Numbered from the stretch's first letter, positions 23,980 through 35,385 are shown. The stretch: DNA of 64,000 bases from Heptranchias perlo (GCF_035084215.1 NC_090359.1:20832001-20896000), one strand, 5' to 3'. A program made the numbers and translations. The notes: generated by a model not told the origin, from the letters alone.

Positions 23980-26834
23980 CTAGTTGAACTGGGTTTGCTT
24001 GTGTTTCCTGTACAGGAACAAGGCGATCAAAGAAGCAGAGATCAGAGAGACAGCGGTCACAGTCAGGGCCAAGATCAGGACCACCTCAGACTCCACACCT
24101 AAAAAGCAACAAGAAACCAATGGTGAGTGAAGGAAATACTGAGGGGAAAATGGAAACGAGCAGTCGGCCAACTCACCACCCGGAGACCTCTCCTGCATCC
24201 TTTGCTCAACCTCATTAAGGGGCTCAGTTGCCAGGTCTGTCACATCAGGATCCAGAATGACCAGGGGTCCAAGTGAGGCCTCACCCTCCCACTTCAATTC
24301 AGCATCACTCTCTGCAATATCAAACATTCCAGTTAGAGGGGGTAAAGGGGGACCTCCAACATAGAGAGGATCAATGTCCTACCAGGTCCAGATACAAGAT
24401 CCCTCCTTCCTCTGGAACCAAATCGGAATTCCCTCGTGGCACTGCAGTTGCCCAGATGACAACAGGCACATATATCATTGGTCGATTCTTCCAATGGGGT
24501 CCAGCTAAACCAGAGAATCAGTTTATCAACCAGGTTGTGCATCACTTCACACAACACATCCCCGTGGGAGAAAGGGAACTTACACATTCTGCATCTTGTG
24601 GAAAGTACAAGCTTTGTTCATGGAATCTCTCCGATCCACTGCAGCAACTTTCAGGTGACAGGTGATGAAAATCTGAGGGACACATTCAATACAAGTTGTT
24701 ATTCAGTGACCTCCTCCCAACATGGGGAACCCAATGATCGGCTTCCTCTTACCAGGGAACGGTCATCTCCAAAGAAACGGAACGCATCCAGGTCAAACTG
24801 GAGTTTGTCCAGCTCACGTTCATCTCTGGGCAACACAAAGGTTGAAAAGGAGTCCTCGGCTTTGCTGTCCAGGAGGCAACTGAAGAGTCAAAAAAAAGGG
24901 CCATGAAGTGAATCAAGTGAAGCCATTGAGAGGAGAGCAGCTGGAGAAAGCAGAGAGCTCCTTACCCATGGTAGTCAATGATGTTGTATCTTGGGGTGGA
25001 ATCCTTGTCTGGGCTCAATGTAGCTGCACAGCTGTCAATGTAGAGCTTCAGGGGCATGTGGTTGGTCATTGAAACAGAGGCCTCAATGTGAATGAGGTCA
25101 CCCAGGTAGTAGACAGTCGAGGTGCGCTCTGTAAGCCAATCATCTGAAGAACAAGAGTTGGAGTCAGTGGGTGTAACTCCCATTGGGCAACGACAGGAAA
25201 GCCCTCCCCGTCCACCCATCACATACCATTCATTAGACGCAGTGAGAATGACAGAAGCCCTTCTCCAGACTTGGTCGAGCTGAATGGGATCCAGGTGGGC
25301 TTGATGGGGTTACTGCTCACATTGCCCTTCCTGGAAAGGACAGTGGAGTCATTTTAGGACAAGTTCAGAGAATGACAGCAGCCGTAGATCAGATTTGCGA
25401 CAGAGTAAAGATTCTTACCTCAAATAGTGGCACTGGATGGGAATGACAGCTCCATTAGTTCTCACAATAACTGATCCACCAGCATTTGGGGTGTGGTTCA
25501 GGTGGGTGGTGTAGACCAGGAAATCTCCAGCCATCTGAAAGACATCAGGTGAAGGAATGAAGAGCTGGTCTCATTGGACAAAAGCTATTTCTGGTCATTT
25601 TCCTGCCCTGTTAAGCAGCAGTTTGAGGGGTTTCAGTTGCTCCCCAATGACACATGATTGAAGCAGCTCCACCATTGAGTGAAGTTGCCTGGAGCAGCCT
25701 CTGTTACTCTGCTCAGTCCACCTTCTATTACAGGGGACTTCAGGCCTGCAGTCAGAAACCCTGAAATGATTTGGCTCGGCCAGGTTAGATGAGAATTCTA
25801 CCCTATATAGAATGGATCTTCCACCGTAAGGGGCTTCAATTGACCCCTGGGATGGAGCACTAAACACAACATCACTTTTAAACCTCATCTGTGTCCGTGG
25901 AATCATGGAGGGGGTCGGCAGGTCTAAGAACCAAAAGTAGAGTTCCCTTTAATACATTGTAGCCCAATTATCCCACGAGTTTAGTCTTTCAAGAGAAGTC
26001 CCAACAGGTTCGACAACACTGAACATCCATTGACCTGAAGTTAAGGCAACAGACCAGAATATCCATGAGAAGGAAAAGGATAAATCTACAGAGGCACAAA
26101 AGGAAGGACTTGTTTGGGGAAATGTAGGTGAAGGTGCAAGGCCAATAGAATTGAAAATCAAAGTTAGAGAATGGGAAAGACCAGTTAAAAGAAAGTTGTA
26201 GTGTCCAGGAGACAAATTAGAATCTTTGTTAAATAAAAGATAAGAGACATGTTAACAAAGTAGTTTCACACTGGGTGTGAGTTAACATGTCAAGAACCTG
26301 TACAGGGATTGGAGGAAGAGTTCAGGGATCTCCTCAAACTAAGTGGCTGGAGTTTCACCCAATGTTAATGAGCTCAGAGTGAGGAGTAATCTACACAGGG
26401 AAATTGGAGCAAGAGTTGAGGAATCACATTACCTGCAATCTGCTGCCACATTCATGGAGCCCATAGTCAAAGAGGACGGTGTGGTTCTGAGAGTAGATCC
26501 CAGTTGGCCGACAACCTGCTGTCCCCAGGGTCAGGTCAGCAGCTTTAATCAGGTGCCTGGTTCCAAATAAATCCATGTCTACCCTCACCAGGAGGTTCTG
26601 CTCTCCACACTGCACCATCACAGTCTGCAGTGGGGACAGACTTCTCCCCTCAGACAGGCTGAAATGGGAACCAGAGGGAGGCCCAGGGGGAGGGACTCTC
26701 TGAGGTCCAGGGGTGGGTTTTACTCTTCTCCATGGAAATCTCTGGTCTCTAAACTGTTGCCAAATATCAGAGCAACAAACAGATCCAACTAACAACAGCA
26801 CTGGGACTAAACCCCTCACCACACAATCCCCCAT
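23980..26834 (-). CDS. ZP3: ZP3-like, copy 4 (9 exons, 463 aa; divergent N-terminus)
   Basis: Exons 26834-26433, 25534-25419, 25330-25227, 25143-24966, 24879-24753, 24672-24584, 24504-24383, 24311-24177, 24098-23980. Starts [28 protein letters not shown]...[12 protein letters not shown]. Confidence 0.93.
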
Positions 26835-26878
26835 GATACCAAACAACTCAACTATCACTTTACTGACCAACCAGCACC

Positions 26879-26948
26879 TTTTATACACAACCTGCACTCA
26901 CCTGACTCCAATTGGACCAGATGAGGCTCAACGAGATCGATAGACTAA
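26879..26948 (-). promoter_or_regulatory. ZP3 copy-4 promoter (TATA, E-box, CCAAT)
   Basis: TATAAAA 26879-26885, CAGGTG 26899-26904, CCAATTGG 26908-26915. tagactaa (26941-26948) is shared with copies 1-3 despite divergent flanks. Confidence 0.75.
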
Positions 26949-27553
26949 CCTTACTTTTTAAAGGGGGCCTGAACACACAAAGAATAAACCTGCTTTTCCA
27001 TCCACACAAAAGAGAAAGAGATGTTGCCCTATTCTGGTGCAGGCATAACCTGACCTGACCTGACCTGACCTGACCAGACCATAAACCAACAACTGGGAAG
27101 GGGGGAAATGATCATCAACTGCAGGTGCTTCATAGCAACACCCAACAGAGGGAGAAAGAAGGTCGGGGGTTGTCATTCACTGGGGACTGTTGGAGGGTCG
27201 GGGGAGGAAAGAAGATCCCAGAAGGGTGGGGCTTTCCCTCCAGTGTCTGGCCCAGGATAGCTGGAGTTGCCTGGGTGAAGTTATTTCCTAGTTCAACCAT
27301 CTATAGAGGACTGAGCCTGGTCAGTTCCAGGTGTCCAGGGGAAGATATCTCCTCCCCACCCACTTTTGCAGCAACCCGACCATGCAGCTTCCCATCCTAC
27401 CATCATGTCCTCTCTCGCTCTCTTTTTTAAACATAGCAAGGAAGCCCCTCTCCCAGCAAACCACGAGAACTCGGGGGAGAGGCAGTTTCCTTTATTTCGG
27501 CCTTTGCTATTGGCGGGCCTGAGACTTGGGGTGAGTGTGGCTCTCGCTGGAGA

Positions 27554-28620
27554 ATGGTGACGCCATCTTTGCCGGCGCCGGGTCCCAGCAGGACGTATGC
27601 GGGCGTTGCCTCGGCTGCTGGGCCGGCAACTTTCCGCCTCATCACGAGGAGGCACGGGGTGAAGAGCTACGCCCACCCCAACATGACGATTGAGGCCTGC
27701 GTAAAGGCCACGGCCGAGGTTGTCGGCCCCTCGGCCATCGTCGCGGCCTCTAAAATGTACGGGAGGGCGGTGTTCTTCCTGAGGTCCGAGCGGGCGGTGT
27801 CCCTGGCCCTTAGTAAGGGGCTCACGGTTGGCGGGACCTTCCTGCCGGTGGACCCGCTGGAGGCCACCGCGCAGCGGCTCGTGTTATCCAACGTCCCGCC
27901 CTTTCTACCGGACGAGCTCCTCCTCCCCCACCTGCGTCAACTGGGGGAGGTGAGGTCGGGGGGTAACGCCGCTGCCGCTCGGGCTCAGGGAGAGCAGCCT
28001 CCGGCACGTTTACTCCTTCCGTCGCCAGGCCTTCGTCAAGCTGGCGCGGGAGGAGGTCACGGAGGGGGGCTTTCGTGCCCTGTACGAGGGGACCGCCTGC
28101 CGCGTCTTTTGGATGGCAGAGGGTGGGCGGTGCCATGCTTGTAAGGAGGTGGGGCACCCAAGAAAGAACCGCCCCGCCTCCCAGGCCGCCAAAACGGCCA
28201 AGGCTGTCTCCGCCTCCGCCTCCGCTGCCCCCGCGTCAGGAGAAGAAACTGCGCGGGCGGAGGTTGCTGTTAAGGCCTCCGCCGTTGGGGGGGGGGGGAA
28301 GGAGGGCACCCTCGTGGGAAAAAAGGCGCGGAGATAAAGAAACACCTCGAGGCCGGTCCCCGGGACGTTGCACACCGTCCTGAGCCCGGGTTATATCTCG
28401 CGGTCGTGTCAGAGCCCGGGCTCTTTACTGATGAGGAGGGAGCCGAGGAGGGGGCCCCAGCAGACATGGCCGCCCGGTGAGGAGGGGGACGTCCTGGTGG
28501 GTCCGCTCCTGGGCCTGTCCAAGGTGGCTATCCACAGGTCCAGGGAAGACGCGACCCGTGGGGGCGGTCGCTCCGACTGTCTGCCTCTCTTCTGCGGCAT
28601 TCTCCACCCCCGGGGGGGGG
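27554..28620 (+). mobile_element. Internally deleted Tx1-clade LINE: frameshifted ORF1 joined to the ORF2 C-terminal segment
   Basis: ITRRHGVK...AASKMYGRAVFFL...VLSNVPPFLPDE...LRHVYSFRRQAF, degenerate zinc knuckle CHACKEVGHPRKNRP, then LLGLSKVAIHRSR...DCLPLF. Confidence 0.8.
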
Positions 28621-28649
28621 GATGGAGGGGGAGAGGGGAAGACCCCAGT

Positions 28650-29345
28650 GCGCACAATTCTAAAAGGGGTACAGGAACGGGGCGATCTGAGGGTATATGT
28701 TCACAAATTATTGAAGGTGGCAGGGCAGGTTGAGAAAGCAAGCAGGATCCTGGGCTTTATAAATAGAGGCATGATGAACCTTTTATGAAACACTGGTTCG
28801 GCCACAACTGGAGTATTGTGTCCAGTTCTGGGCACCGCACTTTAGGAAAGATGTGAAGGCCTTAGAGAGGGTGCAGAAGAGATTTACTGGAATGATTCCA
28901 GGGATGAGGGACTTCAGTTACGTGGATAGACTGGAGAAGCTGGGGTTGTTCTCCTTGGAACAGAGACGGTTGCGAGGAGATTTGATAGAGGCCTTCAAAA
29001 TCATGAAGGGTCCAGACAGAGTAGATAGAGAGAAACTGTTCCCATTGGCGGAAGGGTCAAGAACCAGAGGACAGAGATTTAAGGTGATTGGCAAAAGAAC
29101 CAAAGGCGACATGAGGAAAAACTTTTTTTTACACAGCGAGTGGTTAGGATCTGGAATGCACTGCCCGAGGGGGTGGTGGAGGCAGATTCAATCATGGCCT
29201 TCGAAAGGGAACTGGATAAGTACTCGAAAGGAAAAAAATTTGCAGGGCTACGGGGAAAGGGCGGGGGAGTGGGACTCGCTGGATTGCTCTTCCACAGAGC
29301 CGGCACGGACTCGACGGGCCGAATGGCCTCCTTCCGTGCTGTCAC
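28650..29345 (+). mobile_element. CR1 LINE 3' end
   Basis: LVRPQLEYCVQFW, ALERVQKRFT, LGLFSLEQRRLRGDLIE, WNALP, and tail gggccgaatggcctccttc. Confidence 0.9.
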
Positions 29346-29373
29346 CTTTCCGTGGTTCGAGTTGTAACTCTGC

Positions 29374-29405
29374 TGCAGTACCAGAGCTCCGCCAACGGGA
29401 GGCAC
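29374..29405 (+). promoter_or_regulatory. CTCF-like site with upstream motif
   Basis: TGCAGTACC-9nt-CCAACGGGAGGCAC. Confidence 0.5.
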
Positions 29406-29434
29406 TAGCGCACCTTCCCAGCGACAGGATGAGC

Positions 29435-29890
29435 CAAAAATAAGCGCGGAAAGTTCCGGAAGCACTCCGCAGCTCGGGCAGCATCTGTAGAAAGAGAGAG
29501 ACTGCAGTGAATGTTTCAGGTCGGTGACCTTTCACTGGAAGTGAAAGGGGATGAACAGCTTTTAAGGAAGTGCGGAGCCTGGGAAAAGGGGAGGCAGGAA
29601 AAGAACAAAAAAGGGGAGAGGTTTGTGAGAGGGTGGCGGACGAGGGAACAGGAGCAGGCCATTCAGCCCCTCGAGCCTGTTCCGCCATTTAGTTGGATAA
29701 TGGCCGATCTTAATCTTAATCTCCGTCTCCCCGCCTTGGTTGCGTAATCCTTGCCGAACAAAAATCCATCCAAAGCAAAACACTGCGGATACTGGAAACC
29801 TGAAATTAAAACAGAAAATGCTGGAAAACACTCAAATGAGGCGGAATCTGTGGAGAAAGAAACAATTAACCTTACGTCAGAACTGGGAAA
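29435..29890. mobile_element. Penelope-like terminal repeat fragments mixed with an antisense CR1 3' end
   Basis: gcagcatctgt...gtttcaggtcggtgacctttc and acagaaaatgctggaaa...ctgtggagaaagaaac. Same family as 41590-41700 and 58945-59167. Confidence 0.55.
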
Positions 29891-30072
29891 TCTATCAATC
29901 TCAGTTTAGAAATTTTCAATTGACCCCCCAGCCTCAACTGCTTTTTTTTGGGGGCAGAGAGTTCCAGATTTCCACTCCCCTTTGTGTGAGGAAGTGCTTC
30001 CTGACGTCACCCCTGAATGGCCTGGCTCTAATTTTAAGGTTATGCCCCCTTGTTCTGGACTCCACCCCCACC

Positions 30073-30522
30073 GGGCTTCAAGGGTTAAGTTACGAGGAGA
30101 GATTACACAAATTGGGGTTGTATTCTCTAGAGTTTCGAAGATTAAGGGGCGATCTGATCGAAGTTTATAAGATATTAAGGGGAACGGATAGGGTGGATAG
30201 AGAGAAACTATTTCCGCTGGTTGGGGATTCTAGGAGTAGGGGGCACAGTCTAAAAATTAGAGCCAGACCTTTCAGGAGCGAGATTAGAAAACATTTCTAC
30301 ACACAAAGGGTGGTAGAAGTTTGGAACTCTCTTCCGCAAACGGCAATTGATAGTAGCTCGATTGCTAAATTTAAATCTGAGATAGATAGCTTTTTGGCAA
30401 CCAAAGGTATTAAGGGATATGGGCCAAAGGCAGGTTTCTGGAGTTAGATCACAGATCAGCCATGATCTTATCAAATGGCGGAGCAGGAATGAGGGGCTGA
30501 ATGGCCCACTCCTGTTCCTATG
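30073..30522 (+). mobile_element. CR1 3' end (young subfamily)
   Basis: GLSYEERLHKLGLYSLEFRRLRGDLIEVYKI...WNSLP, plus CR1 tail. Confidence 0.9.
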
Positions 30523-30794
30523 TTCCCCCACAACCAGAGGAAATAAGGTAGATAGTTTCTCTCTATCAACTCCTTGAAGCACCTCGACGAGATCACCCCC
30601 TTAATCTCCTGTGGTGCGATGTTGGCTGGAACACTGGACGCTCTCCCCACTCCTCTTCGAAGAGGACCCATGTGATACCATCGTGGATCCTCACTAGTGG
30701 CTTCCCAACACCACTGTCTGGTGCTTTGTATCGACGACTGAGCATTGAATCCAGCTAATCAGCTTACAATTACCTTCAAGAATCTCAAAAAGAA

Positions 30795-30985
30795 AGCCAA
30801 TGAAGTGCTTTTTGAAGTGTAGTCACCGTTGCAATGTAGGAAACGCGGCAGCCAATTTGCGCACAGCAAGATCCCACAAACAGCGACGTGGTAATGACCA
30901 GATCATCTGTTTTTAGTGATGTTGGTTGAGGGATGAATACCAGGGGAGAACTCGCCCTGTTCTTCTTCCAAATAGTGCCAAGGCC
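30795..30985 (-). mobile_element. Deu-domain SINE fragment
   Basis: Reverse complement of the SINE core. Confidence 0.75.
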
Positions 30986-31087
30986 GACATCAAAAGTCTT
31001 TGTGTGTGTGTATGTGTATGGAATCGTATCGAGCGTCCTCTGAGAGCCCAAGTACGTTGTACTATCCACACAGAGGTCTCACCCATT

Positions 31088-31375
31088 AGTCAACTGTGGC
31101 TCAGTGGGTTGCACTCTCATCTTGACGTCAGAAGGGTCTGGGTTCAAATCCCACTCCAGAGACTTAAGCCCTGTCATCCAGGCTGACACTCCCAGCGCCG
31201 GTACTGAGGGAGTGCAGCACTATCTGAGATGCCGTCTTTCGGATGAGATGTTAAAGCTCCCATCGCCACTATTTCAAAGAAGAGCAGGGGAGGTGTCCCA
31301 GTTGATATTTATCCCTCAGCCTGCAGATTATCTCATTGCTGTCATGTGGGATCTTGCTGTGTGCAAATTGGCTAC
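31088..31375 (+). mobile_element. tRNA-headed Deu-domain SINE
   Basis: A box tggctcagtgg and B box ggttcaaatcc, then SINE body. Interrupted by CR1; the tail resumes at ~31725-31845. Confidence 0.8.
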
Positions 31376-31722
31376 ATAGGAACAAGGAGTAGGCCATTCA
31401 GCCCCTCGTGCCTGCTCCGCCATTTGATAAGATCATGGCTGATCTGTGATCTAACTCCATATACCTGCCTTTGGCCCATATCCCTTAATACCTTTGGTTG
31501 CCAAAAAGCTATCTATCTCAGATTTAAGTTGAGCTAGTATCAATTGCCGTTTGCGGAAGAGAGTTCCAAACTTCTACCACCCTTTGTGTGTAGAAATGTT
31601 TTCTAATCTCACTCCTGAAAGTTCTGGCTCTAATTTTTAGACTGTGCCCCCTACTCCTAGAATCCCCAACCAGCAGAAATAGTTTCTCTCTATCCACCCT
31701 ATCCGTTCCCCTTAATATCTTA
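31375..31722 (-). mobile_element. CR1 3' end, antisense, same subfamily as 30073-30522
   Basis: Minus-strand peptide KILRGTDRVDREKLF...WNSLPQTAID matches the + copy. Confidence 0.9.
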
Positions 31723-32217
31723 TGAACTGCCGCGTTTCCTACATTACAACAGTGACTACACTTCAAAAAGTCCTTCGTCGGCTGTAAAGCGCTTTGGGAC
31801 GTCCTGAGATCGTGAAAGGCGCTATATAAATGCGGGTTCTTTCTTTAATTTGTTTTCTGCTCAAAAGAGTTCGAGGATAACTGAAGCTTGACCCAGTCAC
31901 TTCTAAATCCGTGCTCGCTCCCCGTCGTGGGCCGCTGTGCTCCTTGGATCGTCCCTTATCAGACTTGCAGCAATCTCCTCATGACAGACACCAGGCTAAC
32001 TGTGGCCCCGATCTTTCCCTGCGGTGGTGGGAAGCCCGTTCAGGGAACTGGGTGTGAGAGTTTACAATACTCAGCTGTCTGAGGCCGAAGACTTTGGCAG
32101 CGACTGACGGCAAGCAGCTGTGAGCTTGTTGCCATCGGTGACTCGGGCTGAACCTGTCCCTTCCACTGAGACGATAGGCCCCCTTTTATTTTTCTTCAGA
32201 CTTTGCAGCAAAGTAAT

Positions 32218-33641
32218 GCTGTCCCATCAAACACTCCCAGGGTCAGGTACAGGGTTAGATACAGAGTAAAGCTCCCTCTACACTGTCCCATCAAACACTC
32301 CCAGGGCAGGTACAGCACGGGTTAGATACAGAGTAAAGCTCCCTCTACACTGTCCCATCAAACACTCCCAGGGTCAGGTACAGGGTTAGATACAGAGTAA
32401 AGCTCCCTCTACACTGTCCCGTCAAACACTCCCAGGGCAGGTACAGGGTTAGATACAGAGTAAAGCTCCCTCTACACTGTCCCATCAAACACTCCCAGGG
32501 CAGGTACAGGGTTAGATACAGAGTAAAGCTCCCTCTACACTGTCCCATCAAACACTCCCAGGGCAGGTACAGGGTTAGATACAGAGTAAAGCTCCCTCTA
32601 CACTGTCCCATCAAACACTCCCAGGGTCAGGTACAGGGTTAGATACAGAGTAAAGCTCCCTCTACACTGTCCCATCAAACACTCCCAGGGTCAGGTACAG
32701 GGTTAGATACAGAGTAAAGCTCCCTCTACACTGTCCCATCAAACACTCCCAGGGTCAGGTACAGGGTTAGATACAGAGTAAAGCTCCCTCTACACTGTCC
32801 CATCAAACACTCCCAGGGTCAGGTACAGGGTTAGATACAGAGTAAAGCTCCCTCTACACTGTCCCATCAAACACTCCCAGGGTCAGGTACAGGGTTAGAT
32901 ACAGAGTAAAGCTCCCTCTACACTGTCCCATCAAACACTCCCAGGGCAGGTACAGGGTTAGATACAGAGTAAAGCTCCCTCTACACTGTCCCATCAAACA
33001 CTCCCAGGGCAGGTACAGGGTTAGATACAGAGTAAAGCTCCCTCTACACTGTCCCATCAAACACTCCCAGGGCAGGTACAGCACGGGTTAGATACAGAGT
33101 AAAGCGCCCTCTACACTGTCCCATCAAACACTCCCAGGGCAGGTACAGCATGGGTTAGATACAGAGTAAAGCTCCCTCTACAGTATCCTGTCAAACACTC
33201 CCAGGGCAGGTACAGCACGGGTTAGATACAGAGTAAAGCTCCCTCTACATTGTCCCATCAAACACTCCCAGGGCAGGTGCAGCATGGGTTAGATACAGAG
33301 TAAAGCTCCCTCTACACCGTCCCATCAAACACTCCCAGGGCAGGTACAGCATAGGTTCGATACAGAGTAAAGCTCCCTCCACAATGTCCCATCAAACACT
33401 CCCAGGGCAGGTACAGCACGGGTTACATACAGGGTAAAGCTCCCTCTACACTGTCCCATCAAACACTCCCAGGGCAGATACAGAATTGGGTTAGATACAG
33501 AGTAAAGCTCCCTCTACATTGTCCCATCAAACACTCCCAGGGCAGGTACAGAATTGGGTTAGACACAGAGTAAAGCTCCCTCTACACTGTCCCATCAAAC
33601 ACTCCCAGGGCAGGTACAGCACGGGTTAGATACAGAGTAAA
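32218..33641. repeat. 63/64/67-bp tandem repeat, ~22 units
   Basis: ctgtcccatcaaacactcccagggcaggtacag(cacg)ggttagatacagagtaaagctccctctaca. Confidence 0.95.
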
Positions 33642-33825
33642 GATTAATCCATGCATCCAAAGAGACCCTAATATCTCCTTCCCCAGTGTGGTATCCAGTT
33701 GTTTCTTAAATGATTCCAGGGTTTTGAAGTTTTCACTGAAAGGACAACAGTGAATCCGTAGGCACTGTATGTTTCAGCGGTCGGGTCTGGTGGGCGATGA
33801 CCCTCTGCGAAAATAGAGGCTCCAC

Positions 33826-34112
33826 TTGCCCTCTCGGGTGGATGTAAAAGATCCCACGGCCACTATTTCGAAGAACTGCAGGGGAGTTCTCCCCGGTGTC
33901 CTGGGCCCAATATTTATCCCTCAACCAACATCACTAAGAACAGATTATCTGGTGATTATCATATTGCTGTTTGTGGGATCTTGCTGTGCACAAAATGGCT
34001 GCCGCGTTTCCTACATTACAACAGTGACTACACTTCGAAAGTACTTAATTGGCTGTGAAGTGCTGTGGGACATCCTGAGGTCATGAATGGCGCTATATAA
34101 ATGCAAATCTTT
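33826..34112 (+). mobile_element. Deu-domain SINE 3' half
   Basis: SINE core plus tail ggcgctatataaatgcaa. Confidence 0.8.
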
Positions 34113-34224
34113 CATTTTTCTTTTAAATAGTCCGCGATCAGCGGATGAATATAAGTTTATTTTTGTGTACAAGATAGTAGCAGAATCGGGCAGAGAGAGA
34201 GAGACTTCAAAAACTCGCTGCAGA

Positions 34225-34256
34225 GCACCATCTACTGGCCAGAGCCTGCAACTGCA
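34225..34256 (-). promoter_or_regulatory. Strong CTCF-like site with upstream motif
   Basis: TGCAGTTGC-AGGCTCTGG-CCAGTAGATGGTGC on the minus strand. Confidence 0.65.
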
Positions 34257-34549
34257 GAGTTACAGGCAACTGTTTACATACAGGATTACCATTCTAATGT
34301 TTACATAGGCGGTTTCAATGTTATGGGTTGACTTGAAACTGTGACCAAAAACCATGACAGCAGGAAGTTGGGAGAGGGATTGCATGCCTACAAATGGTTC
34401 GGAATGATACACTAGTCAACCTCCCCTGACGTTGTAGATGGAGAGTCCAAGACCAAGCAGGGCTAGAAGGTGGGGGGAGAGTTGGACCGTTATGACCATT
34501 TTAAAGTCATAACTTCCAAACTTATTTTTAAATACCCCCAATATAAGCT

Positions 34550-34709
34550 CTTATGGCCACATTTGTAATGGGAACTGTCTATGTGAATTTGTCACGCTGT
34601 AATTACACACTCCAGCCAGTGGTGGCGCTGTGGCACCTATTCCTGATGAGGAGGTTTGCAGCGTGACGTGTTTACATAGGAAGATCCCATTATAAATGTG
34701 GACATAGGG
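34550..34709. mobile_element. MITE-like palindromic element with ~55-bp imperfect terminal inverted repeats; partial copy at ~37688-37768
   Basis: Left arm cttatggccacatttgtaatgggaac...gtcacgctg pairs with right arm cagcgtgac...cccattataaatgtggacatagg. Confidence 0.65.
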
Positions 34710-34939
34710 AATTAAAACAGAAAAGCTCACTCTACATCACCATGCAGAGGTAAGCTTATATAATATAGTTATATAGTGTATAGTGATGTAATAAGTTTAA
34801 AGTCTCCTCTTCAAATGTTCACCATCAATGGATGGACAATCAAGGCGGGGTGGCGGAGTAGGGGGAGTGGGCAGGGAGTCCACGATTGCCCTGGTGACTG
34901 GTCAGCGAGGTTTCCTGTTGGTGTCAAATGATACCAGAA

Positions 34940-35385
34940 AAGGATGATACCAGAACTGAGAGGACCAGGAAAGACTAAACAGGCTGGGGCTCTTTTTTCC
35001 AGAAAAGACAAGGCTGAGGGGTGACCTGATAGAGGTCCTTAAGATCATGAAGGGGTTCGATAGGGGAGACGTAGAGAAGATGTTTCCACTTGTGGGGGGG
35101 GGGAACCAGAACGAGGGGCCACAAATATAAAGATGGTCACTAATAAATCCAATCGGGAATTCAGGAGAAACTTCTTTACCCAGAGTGATGAGAATGTGGA
35201 ACTCGCTCCCACAAGGAGTAGCTGAGGCGAATAGCAGAGATACATTTAAAGGGAAACGAGATAGACACATGAGGGAGAAAGGAATAGAAGGATATGCTGA
35301 TAGGGTGAGATGAAGTAGGGAGGGAGGAGGCACGAGTGGACTAGTCGGGCCGAATGGCCTGTTCCTGTGCTGTACGTTCTATGTA
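34940..35385 (+). mobile_element. CR1 3' end
   Basis: aggctggggctctttt...gaggggtgacctgatagagg...tggaactcgctcccaca...gggccgaatggcct. Confidence 0.85.
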
